Assembly (NCBI GenBank): GCA_036918135.1 | Contig: JBALDB010000028.1 | Coordinates: 192,001-256,000 of the forward strand | DNA length: 64,000 nucleotides | Source of the DNA: Nostoc sp. | Lineage (GTDB): Bacteria > Cyanobacteriota > Cyanobacteriia > Cyanobacteriales > Nostocaceae | Direction: 5' to 3' | Shown: positions 62,713-64,000 of the stretch, piece by piece | How the letters are laid out: the number at the start of each line of letters is the position of its first letter | Position numbering within the stretch: position 1 is the first letter of the stretch | The notes under the pieces: model-generated | Databases searched by the model: none | Told to the model about the DNA's origin: nothing | The model's input: only the letters and a program-made list of their open reading frames with translations | Translations under genes and position numbers: made by a program

Positions 62713-63713
62713 GTTTGAAATACGTTCAAATTGAAACAACTAGTGTTTGTAATCATCGCTGCTTTTTCTGTCCTGTATCTATGGATAAACGGGAAAAAAG
62801 TGCGCTATCTCTGCAAAATATAGAGAAGATTATTGAGGGACTCCATGACTATCCGATTGAGGCGATCGCTCTTAGCGGCTTTATGGAAGCAACCTATGAT
62901 AAAGAACTAGTTGAGAAGATTACTGTTATTCGGAATGCAGGTTATCAAGTTTCGCTCTACAGCAATGGATCGGGGCTGAAGCCAGAATTAACCGACGAAC
63001 TGCTCAATTTAGGAGTAAGCAGTTTTACATTCAACCTCTCAACGTTGGATGAAGCCCAATATCGCCAAACTCGCGGATCGCGAGATTTACCCAAAGTTTT
63101 GTCTAATCTTGATTATCTATTAGCTCAAGCACCTGTTCAAGCGCGAAAGGTAAAAGTAGATTTGGTAGTAGTTGGAGCTTTGGATCGGCAACACGCTGCA
63201 AGCTTTCAAATGATTCAAGACAGATTTGCAAATACAGCAGTTTCTAGTATTTTAATTATTCCGATGGTTGAATTTGCTGGAAAAGCAAACCAGGGATTAT
63301 TACCCATTAGACCCAATCATCAAAAATTACAAGGTTGCCTTTGGAATCGTGACAAACAGTGGCTACATTTTGATGCTAATGGTGAAGCTATTTTATGCTG
63401 CCACGATTACTTCTCTAAATATAAAATGGGCAACATCGGTGATGCTAGTGTGAGCGAGATTTATCAAGGAAATCCCATCCAGCAATGGCGACGTTGGGTT
63501 AGCGGCGAAGAAGAAGCGCCAAAAGATTTTATCTGCCGTAACTGTGCTTATGCGATCGCAGATAATTATATTGAAAATTTACGTAAATTGTTCTGCGATC
63601 GCTGTCAGCTGCCCGACATATTAGGAGTAGATAATTCTTGCAAAAAATGTGGCGATGTTGGGCTTGTCATTGATGCCATTGAAAAACGTCCTGAACTCTT
63701 GTCTCTAGAATAA
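62709..63713 (+). CDS. Radical SAM protein with twitch/SPASM domain and extra Cys-rich tail
   Basis: CNHRCFFC; GCLW...GEAILCCHD...MGNI...CRNC; tail CDRC...CKKC; ATGA overlap. Confidence 0.92.
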   Translation: MSLKYVQIETTSVCNHRCFFCPVSMDKREKSALSLQNIEKIIEGLHDYPIEAIALSGFMEATYDKELVEKITVIRNAGYQVSLYSNGSGLKPELTDELLNLGVSSFTFNLSTLDEAQYRQTRGSRDLPKVLSNLDYLLAQAPVQARKVKVDLVVVGALDRQHAASFQMIQDRFANTAVSSILIIPMVEFAGKANQGLLPIRPNHQKLQGCLWNRDKQWLHFDANGEAILCCHDYFSKYKMGNIGDASVSEIYQGNPIQQWRRWVSGEEEAPKDFICRNCAYAIADNYIENLRKLFCDRCQLPDILGVDNSCKKCGDVGLVIDAIEKRPELLSLE

Positions 63714-63728
63714 TTAGGAAATTTAAAG

Positions 63729-64000
63729 ATGCGGTTTTCTCTGATTTTATCAACCAAACATAGAGTACAAGAGTTAAAGCGTTTTCTCGAATCACTTGCA
63801 GCCCAAACCTGCGCTGATTTTGAGCTAATCCTAATTGACCAAAATACCGATGACCGATTGGCAGAACTCGTAAAGTTTTACAGTCAGAAATTTCCAATTA
63901 TTCACATCAAACAACCATCACCTGGACTATCTCGCGCCCGTAATCAAGGCTTGCAGCATGTCAAGGGTGAGTTATTTGGCTTCCCTGACGATGACTGTAT
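63729..64000 (+). CDS. Glycosyltransferase family 2 (paralog 4, runs off the window)
   Basis: Manual translation MRFSLILSTKHRVQELKRFLESL...IDQN...GLSRARNQG...FPDDDC. Confidence 0.9.
   Translation, partial: MRFSLILSTKHRVQELKRFLESLAAQTCADFELILIDQNTDDRLAELVKFYSQKFPIIHIKQPSPGLSRARNQGLQHVKGELFGFPDDDC

Noticed and set aside
899..63897. Numerous short antisense or nested ORFs in the track (e.g. 899-1141, 14785-15123, 46968-47390, 60279-60560)
   Set aside because: They are shadows of well-supported genes and carry no motifs.
53059..64000. A true nodABC Nod-factor locus
   Set aside because: The GT2s are about 300-aa enzymes without a visible QxxRW or NodC-like architecture; no NodA or NodB is seen.

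Overview
A 64-kb chromosomal window from a filamentous cyanobacterium, most likely Nostocales. This is inferred from dense HIP1 GCGATCGC octamers, psbH/psbN, heptamer STRRs and SDR-type micro-elements. Positions 1-45 kb are mostly housekeeping genes (egtC, typA, glgP, holA, tpiA, folP, rpsU, pth, tatA, psbH/psbN, a GH38 alpha-mannosidase, mnmE). Among them are three toxin-antitoxin pairs, several gene relics, tandem repeat arrays, and a three-gene operon that looks like lysine catabolism (ALDH, class III aminotransferase, DUF1338/HglS). From about 45.5 kb to the right edge lies an uncharacterised biosynthetic cluster of at least 18.5 kb that continues past the window. It encodes an APS kinase, a DUF1796 protein, a GT-B-like protein, an ATP-grasp ligase with a stand-alone carrier protein, a PP-loop protein, a pyruvyl transferase, five GT2s, two NodH/Stf0-like sulfotransferases, a NodU/CmcH carbamoyltransferase and two radical SAM enzymes. 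It is inferred to make a sulfated, carbamoylated, pyruvylated and aminoacylated glycan or glycoside. The cluster shows visible local evolution: a tandem duplication bounded by HIP1-derived sequence, 3' homogenisation of the duplicates, and a duplicated divergent promoter. All family assignments come from motif recognition by eye; no searches were run. No tRNA, rRNA or CRISPR array was seen.
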